A stretch of DNA of 42,513 nucleotides from Pirellulales bacterium (GCA_044344765.1 JBIJCJ010000003.1:1-42513); one strand, 5' to 3'. Positions 18,701 through 27,874 are shown, numbered from the stretch's first letter. A program made the numbers and translations. The notes: generated by a model from the sequence alone, not told the origin.

Positions 18701-19729
18701 ATGCGGCGACTCCTGGCTCTCACGGAAGCCGCCGACTTCGTGTGCTACCGCTATCGATTGGCGGCGTTTGCAACCGACCTCGCAGCCGCAGGCTGGATGC
18801 TCGAGCCATGGCCGCGGCCCCGCGGCCCCCGGGAGCTTGCGTCGTTGTTTCAAGCCATGGTGGCCGCCGATGCCGTCGTGATCCAGCGGCGGCTCTTCAG
18901 CGCTGCCAAAGCCTGGCTCGTCCGCCGCGCCGCCCGCGTGCTTCTCTTCGACTTCGACGATGCCGTCTACGACCGCGACAGCAACAGTCCCCGCGGCGCC
19001 ACCGACCCAGTGCGCCGCTCCCGGTTTCGAAGGATCGTTCGCCTGGCCGATGCGTGTCTGGCCGGCTCGGATCATCTATGCCGCGAAGCAGGAGCGGCTG
19101 GCGGCGGTTCGGTGCACCTCATGCCCACGTGCGTCGATCCGGGTCGGTATCCGATCGCGGCTCACCATCGCCCGCCCGGAGCCGTCGAACTCGTCTGGAT
19201 CGGCAGCCCCAGCACGGCCCCGTCGCTCGCCGATGCCCAGCGACATCTTCAGGCCGCGGCGGCGGCTGCGGCCGATGTGCGGCTGCATGTCATCTGCGAT
19301 GGGCTGCCGCGGAATGTCGGGATGCCGGCGCGGCACTCGGCATGGTCGGGCCTGACCGAAGCCGATGCCCTCGCCCGGGCCGACATCGGCGTGGCGTGGC
19401 TTCCCGAGCATCCGTGGAGCGCGGGCAAGTGCGGCCTCAAGGTGCTGCAGTACATGGCGGCGGGTTTGCCGGTCGTGGCCAACTCGTACGGCATTCATGG
19501 CCGGCTCATCGAGCATGGACGGACCGGGTTTCTGGCCGACTCGCCGCAGGCGTGGCGAGAGGCGATCGCGACGCTGGCCGCCGCGCCGGAGTTGCGGAGG
19601 GAGATGGGGCGGGCCGCACGGCGGCAGGTGGAACGCGAGTGGAGCGTGCAGGCATGGGCCCCGCGGCTCGTCGAGATCTTCGAGCAGGCTGCGGGCGGCG
19701 GCGCGAAGAGCCACAGGAGCGTCGCATGA
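18701..19729 (+). CDS. Glycosyltransferase family 4 (DFDDA subtype)
   Basis: RYRL, VVIQR, FDFDDAVY, WIGS, GKCGLKVLQYMAAGLPVVA. Confidence 0.9.
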   Translation: MRRLLALTEAADFVCYRYRLAAFATDLAAAGWMLEPWPRPRGPRELASLFQAMVAADAVVIQRRLFSAAKAWLVRRAARVLLFDFDDAVYDRDSNSPRGATDPVRRSRFRRIVRLADACLAGSDHLCREAGAAGGGSVHLMPTCVDPGRYPIAAHHRPPGAVELVWIGSPSTAPSLADAQRHLQAAAAAAADVRLHVICDGLPRNVGMPARHSAWSGLTEADALARADIGVAWLPEHPWSAGKCGLKVLQYMAAGLPVVANSYGIHGRLIEHGRTGFLADSPQAWREAIATLAAAPELRREMGRAARRQVEREWSVQAWAPRLVEIFEQAAGGGAKSHRSVA

Positions 19730-20523
19730 ACGTTGAACGCGGGCAGCCCGGCACGCCGGAGTGGGCGGAACTCGCCGCCCCGCATCTGGCCCGCTATCTC
19801 TTTGCCGCAGGCTTCGCGAACGGTCGGCGGGTGCTCGATGTGGGCTCGGGGGCCGGCTACGGCGCCGCGGTGTTGCGGGCTGCAGACGCCGCTGCGGTGC
19901 ACGGCGTGGACATCGACTCCGAGGCCGTCGCCCAGGCGCGGGCCCGCCATGGCGGGCCGGACGTGACGTTCGCCGTCGATGACTGTCAGCAGCTTGCGTC
20001 ATCGAATGGCGAGTGGGACATCATCTGCTGCTTCGAGACGATCGAACACGTGTCGCGGCCGGAAGCGATGCTCATGGCGACGTCCCGCCATCTCGCTCCC
20101 GGCGGCGTGCTCCTTGTCTCCACGCCGGACCGCGCCAGCACGGCCCCGTTCGTGGACGGTCGGCCACGAAACCGGTTCCACGCGCATGAGTGGTATCGCG
20201 ATGAATTCCTGACGCTCGTGCGGAGGTACTTTCACGACGTGGAACTGCACGTGCAGGTCGAGACGGCCGCGGCACAGGCCAGGCGCGAGGCGGTGGCGGC
20301 GCTGCGGCAGGGATTGATGGCGAGCAACCCGCTGTTCGTGCTGGCCTGGCGGAAGTGGCCGCGGCGCCGGCGGGACGAGCGGCCCTGGGCCAGGCTCGCG
20401 GACCTAGCCGCCCCCGGGATCGCCGACTTTCCCGTCGTGCCCGCGGCCCTGGCCGACGTGTATGGTGCGCCGCGGTTCCATGTCGCCGTCTGCCGCCGGC
20501 CGATTGCCGGGGAGGTGGCCTGA
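19726..20523 (+). CDS. Class I SAM-dependent methyltransferase (glycan-locus type)
   Basis: HLARY, VLDVGSGAGYG, FETIEH, STPD, NRFHAHE; ATGA overlap with the upstream GT. Confidence 0.9.
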   Translation: MNVERGQPGTPEWAELAAPHLARYLFAAGFANGRRVLDVGSGAGYGAAVLRAADAAAVHGVDIDSEAVAQARARHGGPDVTFAVDDCQQLASSNGEWDIICCFETIEHVSRPEAMLMATSRHLAPGGVLLVSTPDRASTAPFVDGRPRNRFHAHEWYRDEFLTLVRRYFHDVELHVQVETAAAQARREAVAALRQGLMASNPLFVLAWRKWPRRRRDERPWARLADLAAPGIADFPVVPAALADVYGAPRFHVAVCRRPIAGEVA

Positions 20524-21449
20524 TGGGCTGGCTGACGAGGACGCCCGTCGGTCGGGCTTGGGACGAGTGGCGGCACCGCGGCCTGCAGGCGGCCGACGAC
20601 GCGGAGGACTTCCTGCTCGTGACCTGGGACTCCTGCCGCTACGACGTCTACACCGCGGCCCACACGCCCGTGCTCGATCGGCACGGCATCGCGAAGCGGG
20701 CGTGGGCAATGGCCACCTATACGCTCCCCGCGCACCAGGCGATGTTCAACGGCTTCCTGCCGCACGTGTTCGAGCCGCTGCCGCTCTACAACCGCTACGT
20801 GCAGCAGCTGTGGCGGATCTCGCACCGCAATCTGGCCTCGCGGCCGTTGGTCACGTTTCCGGAGCGGACCGTGAGCATCGTCGATGGCTTTCGCCGCCGG
20901 GGCTACGCCACACTCGGCGTGGCCGCGATGGATTGGTTCGCGAAGCCGAGTCCGCTTCAGCAGGGCTTTGAATGGTTTCGCGTCACGGGCACCACCGCAT
21001 ACCGGCAGATTGACGTGCTCACCGAGCAGATCCGGCGGCGGGCCGGTCGCCGGCCGTGCTTCGCGTTCGTGAACTTCGGCGAGACCCACAGCCCGTTTCG
21101 CCATGCCGACATGCCGGTCGTGGCAAGCGATCCGGTGGTCGACCGCATGAGCCTCGGCCGGCTGTTCAACGCTCCAGGCGTTGCCGACGCGGCGGCCACA
21201 CTCGATCTCGAACTCTGGGAGCGGCAGCGGCAGTGCGCGGAATTTCTCGACCGCCGGATGGCCGACCTCCTGGAGTGCTTCACTGCCCGTGGCCGCCCGA
21301 CGACCGTGGTGGTGACCGCCGATCATGGCGAGTGCCTCGGCGAGCAGGGGCTCTACGGCCACGCGTTTCATCACGAGAAGGTGATGGAGGTGCCGCTCCT
21401 CGTGTTCCGGCTCAATGCCCCGCCCCACGAGCCACCTCGCCCGTTCTGA
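20523..21449 (+). CDS. Alkaline-phosphatase-superfamily sulfatase-like hydrolase/transferase
   Basis: VTWDSCRYD, YTLPAH, ETHSPF, TADHGE, YGH..EVPL; TGATG overlap with the methyltransferase. Confidence 0.85.
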   Translation: MGWLTRTPVGRAWDEWRHRGLQAADDAEDFLLVTWDSCRYDVYTAAHTPVLDRHGIAKRAWAMATYTLPAHQAMFNGFLPHVFEPLPLYNRYVQQLWRISHRNLASRPLVTFPERTVSIVDGFRRRGYATLGVAAMDWFAKPSPLQQGFEWFRVTGTTAYRQIDVLTEQIRRRAGRRPCFAFVNFGETHSPFRHADMPVVASDPVVDRMSLGRLFNAPGVADAAATLDLELWERQRQCAEFLDRRMADLLECFTARGRPTTVVVTADHGECLGEQGLYGHAFHHEKVMEVPLLVFRLNAPPHEPPRPF

Positions 21450-21529
21450 GCGGGGATTTGCGGCGCTGGGGCTGCGGGCTCATGGGCAGCAATACGGATT
21501 CGTGAAGCTGGCACCGCCGTAGCCACAGC

Positions 21530-21665
21530 TTGGCGACCGCTCATCTACCAACGTCCGAGGACCTGGGGTTGAACGAGTTCGTCGAACCACTGGGAATGCG
21601 GATGCTCGTCCGCAAGGACAAGAGCCGGCGCAAGACACGCGGGGGCATCGTGCTCCCGGATCAGG
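21530..21665 (+). pseudogene. groES: Co-chaperonin GroES 5' fragment
   Basis: EFVEPLGMRMLVRKDKSRRKTRGGIVLPDQ (PLxxRxLV..TxGGIVLP); similarity stops after PDQ. Confidence 0.75.
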
Positions 21666-21733
21666 GAGGATCGGACGGTCAACGGCACTTCCTCCCCCGT
21701 CGTCCGGACGGTGAGTCGCGTGTGAGCCGCGGT

Positions 21734-21766
21734 TGGTGCCTGGCTGGTGCCTGGCTGGTGCCTGCC
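21734..21766. repeat. 11-bp tandem repeat, 3 copies
   Basis: TGGTGCCTGGC TGGTGCCTGGC TGGTGCCTGCC. Confidence 0.85.
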
Positions 21767-21804
21767 GGGCTCGTGTCGTGCGGTGGTTCCGCATGCAGCG
21801 GCTC

Positions 21805-21996
21805 CTCGCCGCCCTGTAGAGCAGCCACTCGATTTCTTCTATGAAACTCCTCGTGAGGGCTGCGCCCGCGCTTTGGAGGTCACTGAGGAAGCACCGCAAC
21901 CGCTGCGGCACGGAGATCCCCCACTGCCGCACGGGCACCGGGGGAATGACGCGATCAACGAGATGCGCAGCTGTCTGGGCCATCCGCCTGCCGTTC
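21805..21996 (-). mobile_element. IS91-family transposase fragment, N-terminal region just after the Zn-binding motif
   Basis: [51 protein letters not shown]; the preceding CPSC motif is missing. Confidence 0.88.
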
Positions 21997-22126
21997 CGTG
22001 CGGTCGGGCCGCGGACGCCTCCTCGCTGCGGCCGGTTTGCCGTACACTGGGTCCCCATGCCGGGACACGGGCCGGAAACCGCCACGGTGGTCGCTGGCGG
22101 CATTCCGAAATCAAGGGAGGATCGAG

Positions 22127-22702
22127 ATGATCGCAAGCCGCCGCACAGTGTTCTGGACGTTGACGGTCGTGGTGTCGCTGGTGTCTCAGGGAATCGCACA
22201 GGAAAAACCGATGTTGCCGAGATGCTTTTTGGATATCTCCGCGGGTGGTCAGAAACTCGGCCGGATCGTGGTCGAACTGCGGTCCGACGTCGTGCCCAAG
22301 ACCGCGGAAAACTTCCGCGCCCTGTGCACCGGCGAGAAGGGCTTCAAGGGGAGCACGTTTCACCGCGTGATCCCCGGCTTCATGTGCCAGGGGGGCGACT
22401 TCACCAACCACAATGGTACCGGCGGGAAGTCGATCTACGGCGCGAAGTTCGCCGACGAGAACTTCACGCTCAAGCACACCGGCCCGGGGGTGTTGAGCAT
22501 GGCCAACGCGGGCCCCAACACCAACGGCTCGCAGTTCTTCCTCTGCACCGAAAAGACCGACTGGCTCGATGGGAAGCACGTCGTCTTCGGCCAGGTGGTC
22601 GAGGGCATGGACGTGGTCAAGAAGGTGGAGGCCCTCGGGTCACGCTCTGGCGAGACGAAGAACAAGATCGAGATCACCGACTGCGGTGAACTGAATCAGT
22701 AG
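22127..22702 (+). CDS. Cyclophilin-type peptidyl-prolyl cis-trans isomerase (eukaryotic CypA-like)
   Basis: [76 protein letters not shown]; signal-peptide-like N-terminus; alternative ATG at 22211. Confidence 0.95.
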   Translation: MIASRRTVFWTLTVVVSLVSQGIAQEKPMLPRCFLDISAGGQKLGRIVVELRSDVVPKTAENFRALCTGEKGFKGSTFHRVIPGFMCQGGDFTNHNGTGGKSIYGAKFADENFTLKHTGPGVLSMANAGPNTNGSQFFLCTEKTDWLDGKHVVFGQVVEGMDVVKKVEALGSRSGETKNKIEITDCGELNQ

Positions 22703-23093
22703 CCGGAGCCGGGCGGGCGGCGACGGCCGCCACGATCGCCTCGGGGATGCCGGAGAGCGGCACGATGCGATCGACGACGCCGAGGGCCACTGCCGCCCGT
22801 GGCATTCCGTAGACCACGCACGTCGCTTCGTCCTGCACGAGCGTCATGCCGCCGGCCCGACGGATCGCCTCCAGGCCCAGCGCGCCGTCGCTGCCCATGC
22901 CGGTCATCAGCGTCGCCACGACGCCAGCGCCGGCGGCCTCCGCCGCCGAACGAAAGAGCACGTCCACCGCCGGCCGGCAGTGGTGGACCGGTGGCGTCTG
23001 CAGGAGCCGCGTGCGAAACCCGCCCCCCTGCCGCACCACCGCGAGATGCTGGTCGCCGGGCGCGATGACGCACGTGCCCGGTTCGAGCAACGA
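22674..23093 (-). pseudogene. cheB: CheB methylesterase C-terminal fragment
   Basis: IAPGDQHL, HCRPAVDVLFRS, MTGMGSDG, QDEATCVVYGMP; lacks the GxSTGG and QH catalytic blocks and the receiver domain. Confidence 0.85.
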
Positions 23094-23309
23094 CGCCGTC
23101 TGGCTGGGAGCCGGGGGCTCACCTTCGAGGAGGCTGTCCCACACGCCGATGGCCTGCCCATGCTGCTCGGGCAGACTTGTCCCACGACCCGCCAGGCGAT
23201 CGAGTCCCAAAACGGCCGCCTTTTCCGCCTGGTCGAGTGGTCCGCTGCCCGAAGCAACACCCCTGATTCGAAGGTACTATGTTCTCCCCTGGCGGCATGG
23301 AACCCCCCG

Positions 23310-24809
23310 ATGGCGAATCAGAACTTCACGACCGATGAGGCGATCGCGGAACTCGCAAAGTTGGGGCGGCGGATCGCGGAGCTCACCAGTTTATTCGAGG
23401 GCGGCCGGGATCCGTCGGCGCCGGCGACGCACAGCCCCGGCGCGGTCGATGATGCGGGGGAAAAATTACGTCCTGCGAAGGATGTCGTGGAAGCCGCTGC
23501 CCAGCCCGCGCATGCCGGCGGGGTCGCGCAGCGTCGGCAGGGTTTGCCGCGGCTGGCCCAGCGCGAACACGGCGGCGGCAAGCCTCGGCGGCGCGGCGGT
23601 TCGCCGGCGGCGGGCAGTCTCCCTGCCGCCCCGCGGGTGACTGTGCAGATCCCGCGGAAAGCGGTGGCATCTTCGGCGGCCGACCCCGATCGTGTGCGGA
23701 GCGACGGCGGCCGCCCCGGGTTGCGGCGACCATGGTTGACTGCGCCGATGTTCGTGAGCAGCTTGTTGCACGTGGCGGCCTTGGTGTTCATGGCGTTGAT
23801 GTTTCTGCCCCGAGAGCGGCCGCCCGAACGCAGGTCGATCGTCTGGCAGGCCGCTGAGGAAGAGGCAGGTGAGGAGGGTGCCGAGGTTGACTTCCAGGCG
23901 GTCGATTTTCAGCCCGTGGAGCCAGACGCGCCGCTCGAGCCGCACCATGATCCGTTGGCTGCGGACACCGCTGTCGTGGCCATCGATCCCGATGCGGCGG
24001 CCCAAGACCAGGCGGCGACGCCCATGGAGCAGCCCGTCCTCGGCGGAGATGACGTGCTCGGGGGAGGCGTCAACGCGGGCGACCTCCTGGCGGCGATCGG
24101 GGAAGACGGTGACGGTGACGCCGGCGGCGATACAGGCACCGGTGGTGAAGGTGGAGGTCGGTTTTTCGGCCGGCAGGGAGTCGGCCGGACGGCGCTGTTC
24201 CTGTGCGACAACTCCAACAGTTACGCCGTCGGCGGCTTTCAGACGGTGCTCATCGAACTGTCGCGGGCCGTCGGCCGCATGAAGCCCGAGCAGTCGTTTC
24301 ACGTCGTGTTCTTCAGCGACACCGCATACAAGCTGCTCCATCCACAGGGTGTGGACACCTTCCTGCCGGCGACCCCGGAGAACAAGCGGAAACTCGATGC
24401 CTGGCTGCCGACGGTCGAACTGTGTTCCGGGGGGCGGGGAATCCGCGGGGCGGGGGCGCTCGCCGTCGCCCTCAAGCCCGACGTCGTCTACTTTCTCTCG
24501 GACGGCGATCACGCCGACAGCGTGATCGATCGCATGGTCGGACTGCCGCTCGACGACACGGTCGTGCACACCTTCGGCATGCAGGCCGACGTCCGTGACC
24601 GGCGCACGGGACTTCCCGACCCGGAACGGGTTCAGGAGCAGCAACGCTGCAACAACAATTTGGTTCGCATCGCCGAGGCGCATCGCGGCACCTTCACGCC
24701 GGTTTTCATTTCGCCGCAGGCAGTGATGGCGGCGGCGACGCGGCCGGTCAAGAAAAACCGCACTCGCGGCGCGGTGTGGGGCATCACCCTGGAAGAAGCC
24801 AAGCCGTAA
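23310..24809 (+). CDS. Membrane-anchored vWA-domain protein
   Basis: TM segment SSLLHVAALVFMALMF, acidic/Gly linker, FFG, MIDAS-like DNSNS, YFLSDG. Confidence 0.8.
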   Translation: MANQNFTTDEAIAELAKLGRRIAELTSLFEGGRDPSAPATHSPGAVDDAGEKLRPAKDVVEAAAQPAHAGGVAQRRQGLPRLAQREHGGGKPRRRGGSPAAGSLPAAPRVTVQIPRKAVASSAADPDRVRSDGGRPGLRRPWLTAPMFVSSLLHVAALVFMALMFLPRERPPERRSIVWQAAEEEAGEEGAEVDFQAVDFQPVEPDAPLEPHHDPLAADTAVVAIDPDAAAQDQAATPMEQPVLGGDDVLGGGVNAGDLLAAIGEDGDGDAGGDTGTGGEGGGRFFGRQGVGRTALFLCDNSNSYAVGGFQTVLIELSRAVGRMKPEQSFHVVFFSDTAYKLLHPQGVDTFLPATPENKRKLDAWLPTVELCSGGRGIRGAGALAVALKPDVVYFLSDGDHADSVIDRMVGLPLDDTVVHTFGMQADVRDRRTGLPDPERVQEQQRCNNNLVRIAEAHRGTFTPVFISPQAVMAAATRPVKKNRTRGAVWGITLEEAKP

Positions 24810-24910
24810 GGGTGGGCGGCCGCCGCGGGCGTGGCGGTCGATCGCGGGCGGACCGATAAAAATCGATCGACTCCGCTTGTGGGGCAGCAGTTTGATCGGG
24901 CAGACTGCTC

Positions 24911-26170
24911 GTGATGGAGATGACGATCGATCGCCGCGAGACCCAGGAAAGCGTGGAACTGGTCGTTTCAGGCCGGCTCGATGCGGAGCATGCGGGCGAA
25001 CTCGCCCGGGTCGTGGACGAGGAGCTGCGCCGCGGCCGTCACGCGCTCGCCCTCGATCTCCGCGACTGCGGCTTTTTGAGCTCGGCCGGAATCCGCGTGC
25101 TCTTCGAGATTCACCGCGCCGCCCAGGGCGTCGGCGGCCGCTGCCTGATCCGGTCGGCGAGCGAGCCGGTGCGGAAGGTGCTCGAACTCACGCGGCTCGC
25201 GCCGCTGCTGATGGAATCGGCCGCGGGCTCGGCGGCGGTGTTGCCGGCTGCGGCGGCTCGGCGCCACACGGCCGTCGATCTGGAGCGCGGGCCGATCCGG
25301 TTCATCGGCCTCGAGCAGCCGCCGGCCACGCCCCTTCGTGGTCGGCTCGTCGGCACGCCCGGCGGCTTCATGCCAGCCGATCTCTCCGCAGCCGAGCGGC
25401 TCCGCGTGCCGCCGGATGGGTTTGCGATCGGCCTCGCCGCGCTGGCCGACGATTCTCCGCTCGCCGCCCGCGCCGGCGAGATGCTCGCGGCCTGCGGGGT
25501 CGCGTTCGATCGTCGTCCGCAGCCGTTTTCCGTAGTCGACTACCTGGCGACAGCCGGCGATCTCGTTCCGGAAGTCGACGCCGCCGCGGCCATCGCGTGG
25601 CAGGGCATGCCGCAGGGCCGGGCCGGCTTCGAAGCCGTCGCCGACGACGAGGCCGTGCCGCTCGATGAACTGGTCGGCGAACTCTTCGTCCAGACGGCTG
25701 CCGATGCACTCGCCGTCGTCGTTGTCGGCGAGGTCCAGGGGCTCGTGGGCGCCGAGCTGATACGCCCGCTCGCCGAGGCCACGACTGCAGACCGCCCCGG
25801 CTCACCGCGCCGCGAGATCGCCGCCCGCTGGCTGAGCTTCTCGCGGGAGCCCGTGCACGTCCGCCGCACCGCCCTGATCGTAGGCGTGGCTACCCGCGGA
25901 AAGCCGGGCGGTCCGCTCGCCGCCTTCGTGCGGCCGCTCGGCAGCGGCACGACGCAGGGGCACTTTCACGCGGTCGTCTTCCCGCTGCGGCCGCTGAAGC
26001 GAGGCAGCGGCGACCTGGCCGCCACGGTCGCCGACGTCACGACTTCGGAGCCGCTCGGCCTGATGCACCTCCTCGCCGACCCGCAGCCCGTGCTCGGCAC
26101 CGGCCGGTCGCAGCTCGTCCGCGGCCGCTGCTGGTTCGCCCCGCTGGCCATCGAGGAGCAGCGCGGGTGA
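24911..26170 (+). CDS. STAS (anti-sigma-factor antagonist) domain fused to an unknown ~290-aa domain
   Basis: VSGRLDA, LDL..CGFLSSAGIRVL, VRKVLELTRL; the C-terminal domain carries GHFHAVVF. Start is 24911 or 24914. Confidence 0.85.
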   Translation: MMEMTIDRRETQESVELVVSGRLDAEHAGELARVVDEELRRGRHALALDLRDCGFLSSAGIRVLFEIHRAAQGVGGRCLIRSASEPVRKVLELTRLAPLLMESAAGSAAVLPAAAARRHTAVDLERGPIRFIGLEQPPATPLRGRLVGTPGGFMPADLSAAERLRVPPDGFAIGLAALADDSPLAARAGEMLAACGVAFDRRPQPFSVVDYLATAGDLVPEVDAAAAIAWQGMPQGRAGFEAVADDEAVPLDELVGELFVQTAADALAVVVVGEVQGLVGAELIRPLAEATTADRPGSPRREIAARWLSFSREPVHVRRTALIVGVATRGKPGGPLAAFVRPLGSGTTQGHFHAVVFPLRPLKRGSGDLAATVADVTTSEPLGLMHLLADPQPVLGTGRSQLVRGRCWFAPLAIEEQRG

Positions 26171-27078
26171 TCACGCTCCTCTCCACCTGGACGTTCGGCC
26201 TCGCCCTGGCGTTGGTGGCCCTCGGCGTATTCGTGAGCTACCGGCTGTTTTCGTTTCCCGACATCACGACGGACGGCTCGTTCACGCTCGGCGCCGTCGT
26301 CGCCGCGGTGCTGCTCACGGCAGGCTGCGATCCGATCCTGGCCACGCTCGGCGGCATGGCGGCCGGCGGTCTCGCGGGCTGCACGACGGCCCTGCTCCAT
26401 GCCTTTTTCGGCGTGGAGCGGCTGCTCGCCGGCATCCTTGTGACGACGGCGTTGGCAAGCGTGAACCTCGTCGTCCTCGGCCGCAGCAACGTGCCGCTCT
26501 CCGGCACCACCACCCTCCTGGACCAGGCGGAGGCGGGGATCGGTCCCGTGTTCGAACGCACCGGCCTGTCGTCCGCACTGGCCGGCGAGGCGGCGCGACT
26601 GGCCTTCGTGCTCGGAGTGGTCGGGCTCGCGATCGCTCTCCTGTGGACGTTCTTCCGCACGCAGCTCGGCACGGCGATGCGGGCCGGCGGCGACACGCCG
26701 ACGATGGCCCGGGCCCTCGGCCGCAATACCGGGGGCATGACCCTGGCCGGCCTCGCGATCGCCAATGGGCTCACGGCGCTCTCCGGGGCGATGGTGGCCC
26801 AGTATCAGGGCTTCGCCGACGTGCAGATGGGGATCGGCATGGTGGTGTGGGGCATGGCGAGCGTGTTTCTCGGCGCCGCCCTCGTGGGCCCGGTGCGGCT
26901 GGGGGGCGCCCTCGTCGCCACGGCCGCGGGCAGCGTGACCTTCCGGCTGCTCGTCGCCGCGGCCCTCCGCGCGGGCCTCGATCCCGACTGGCTCAAGGCG
27001 GCCACGGCCGTCGTCGTGCTGGCGGCCCTCGTCGCCCCTCGATTCCTCACGCGAGGCACGCATGCTCGAACTCACTGA
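26167..27078 (+). CDS. ABC transporter permease (Trp/Tyr-type family)
   Basis: FPDITTDGSFTLG, LLAGIL, TQLGTAMRAGG, QYQGFADVQMGIG; GTGA overlap with the STAS gene. Confidence 0.92.
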   Translation: MITLLSTWTFGLALALVALGVFVSYRLFSFPDITTDGSFTLGAVVAAVLLTAGCDPILATLGGMAAGGLAGCTTALLHAFFGVERLLAGILVTTALASVNLVVLGRSNVPLSGTTTLLDQAEAGIGPVFERTGLSSALAGEAARLAFVLGVVGLAIALLWTFFRTQLGTAMRAGGDTPTMARALGRNTGGMTLAGLAIANGLTALSGAMVAQYQGFADVQMGIGMVVWGMASVFLGAALVGPVRLGGALVATAAGSVTFRLLVAAALRAGLDPDWLKAATAVVVLAALVAPRFLTRGTHARTH

Positions 27079-27874
27079 CGCCGTCGTGTCGTTCTCGTCG
27101 CCGGGCGGTCCGGTCGTCCGCGCGGTGGATGGGATCTCGCTCACGCTGCCGGCAGGATCGTTCGTCGTCGTGATCGGCACGAACGGTTCGGGAAAGAGCA
27201 CGCTGCTCGGGTCGATCGCCGGCACGGTGCGGCTCGACGGCGGCACACTACGGCTGGCGGGGCACGACATCACGCGGTGGCAGGAGCACGAGCGGGCGAA
27301 ACTCGTGGGGCGGGTGTTCCAGGATCCGAGGGCGGGCACGGCGGCGAGCCTGACGGTGCTGGAAAACATCGCCGTCGCCGCCTGCCGGGGCAGACGGGCC
27401 GGGCTGCGGTGGGCGACGAGCCGGGAGCTTCGCGACGAGGCCACCCGCCGCCTGGCGGCGATCGTGCCGGGGCTCGAAGCGCGGCTCGACCAGCCGATCG
27501 GCTCGCTTTCCGGCGGCCAGCGGCAGATCGTCACGCTCGTGATGGCCACCTGGCAGCGGCCGGAGCTGCTGCTCCTCGACGAGCACACCGCCGCCCTCGA
27601 TCCGGCGGCCGCCGACCGCGTGATCCAGGCCACGGCGCGGATCATCCGCGAGCAGGGGCTGACCGCGCTCATGGTGACCCACTCGCTCGCCCAGGCGGCG
27701 GCGCTCGGCGATCGCCTGATTCTCATCCACCGCGGCCGGATCGCCCTCGACGCGCAGGGATCAGCGAAGCGGCGGCTCACGGCCGACGATCTCGCCGACC
27801 GGTTCGACGCGCTGCGTCGGGCCGACCAGCTCGACGATGCCGCGGCCCGCACGCTCGCGGAGGCCTATGTATGA
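27062..27874 (+). CDS. ABC transporter ATP-binding protein
   Basis: GTNGSGKS, VFQDP, LSGGQRQ, LLLLDEHTAALDP, MVTH. Confidence 0.95.
   Translation: MLELTDAVVSFSSPGGPVVRAVDGISLTLPAGSFVVVIGTNGSGKSTLLGSIAGTVRLDGGTLRLAGHDITRWQEHERAKLVGRVFQDPRAGTAASLTVLENIAVAACRGRRAGLRWATSRELRDEATRRLAAIVPGLEARLDQPIGSLSGGQRQIVTLVMATWQRPELLLLDEHTAALDPAAADRVIQATARIIREQGLTALMVTHSLAQAAALGDRLILIHRGRIALDAQGSAKRRLTADDLADRFDALRRADQLDDAAARTLAEAYV

Noticed and set aside
18520-19725. N-terminal extension of the methyltransferase ORF (667 aa)
   Set aside because: Alternate frame over the GT4 gene; the real start is the ATGA overlap at 19726.
16500-23300. Prophage or ICE integrated at tRNA-Pro
   Set aside because: No integrase, phage or conjugation genes, and no repeat of the tRNA 3' end found by eye.
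27277-27870. N-terminal extension of the substrate-binding protein ORF
   Set aside because: Alternate frame over the ABC ATPase.
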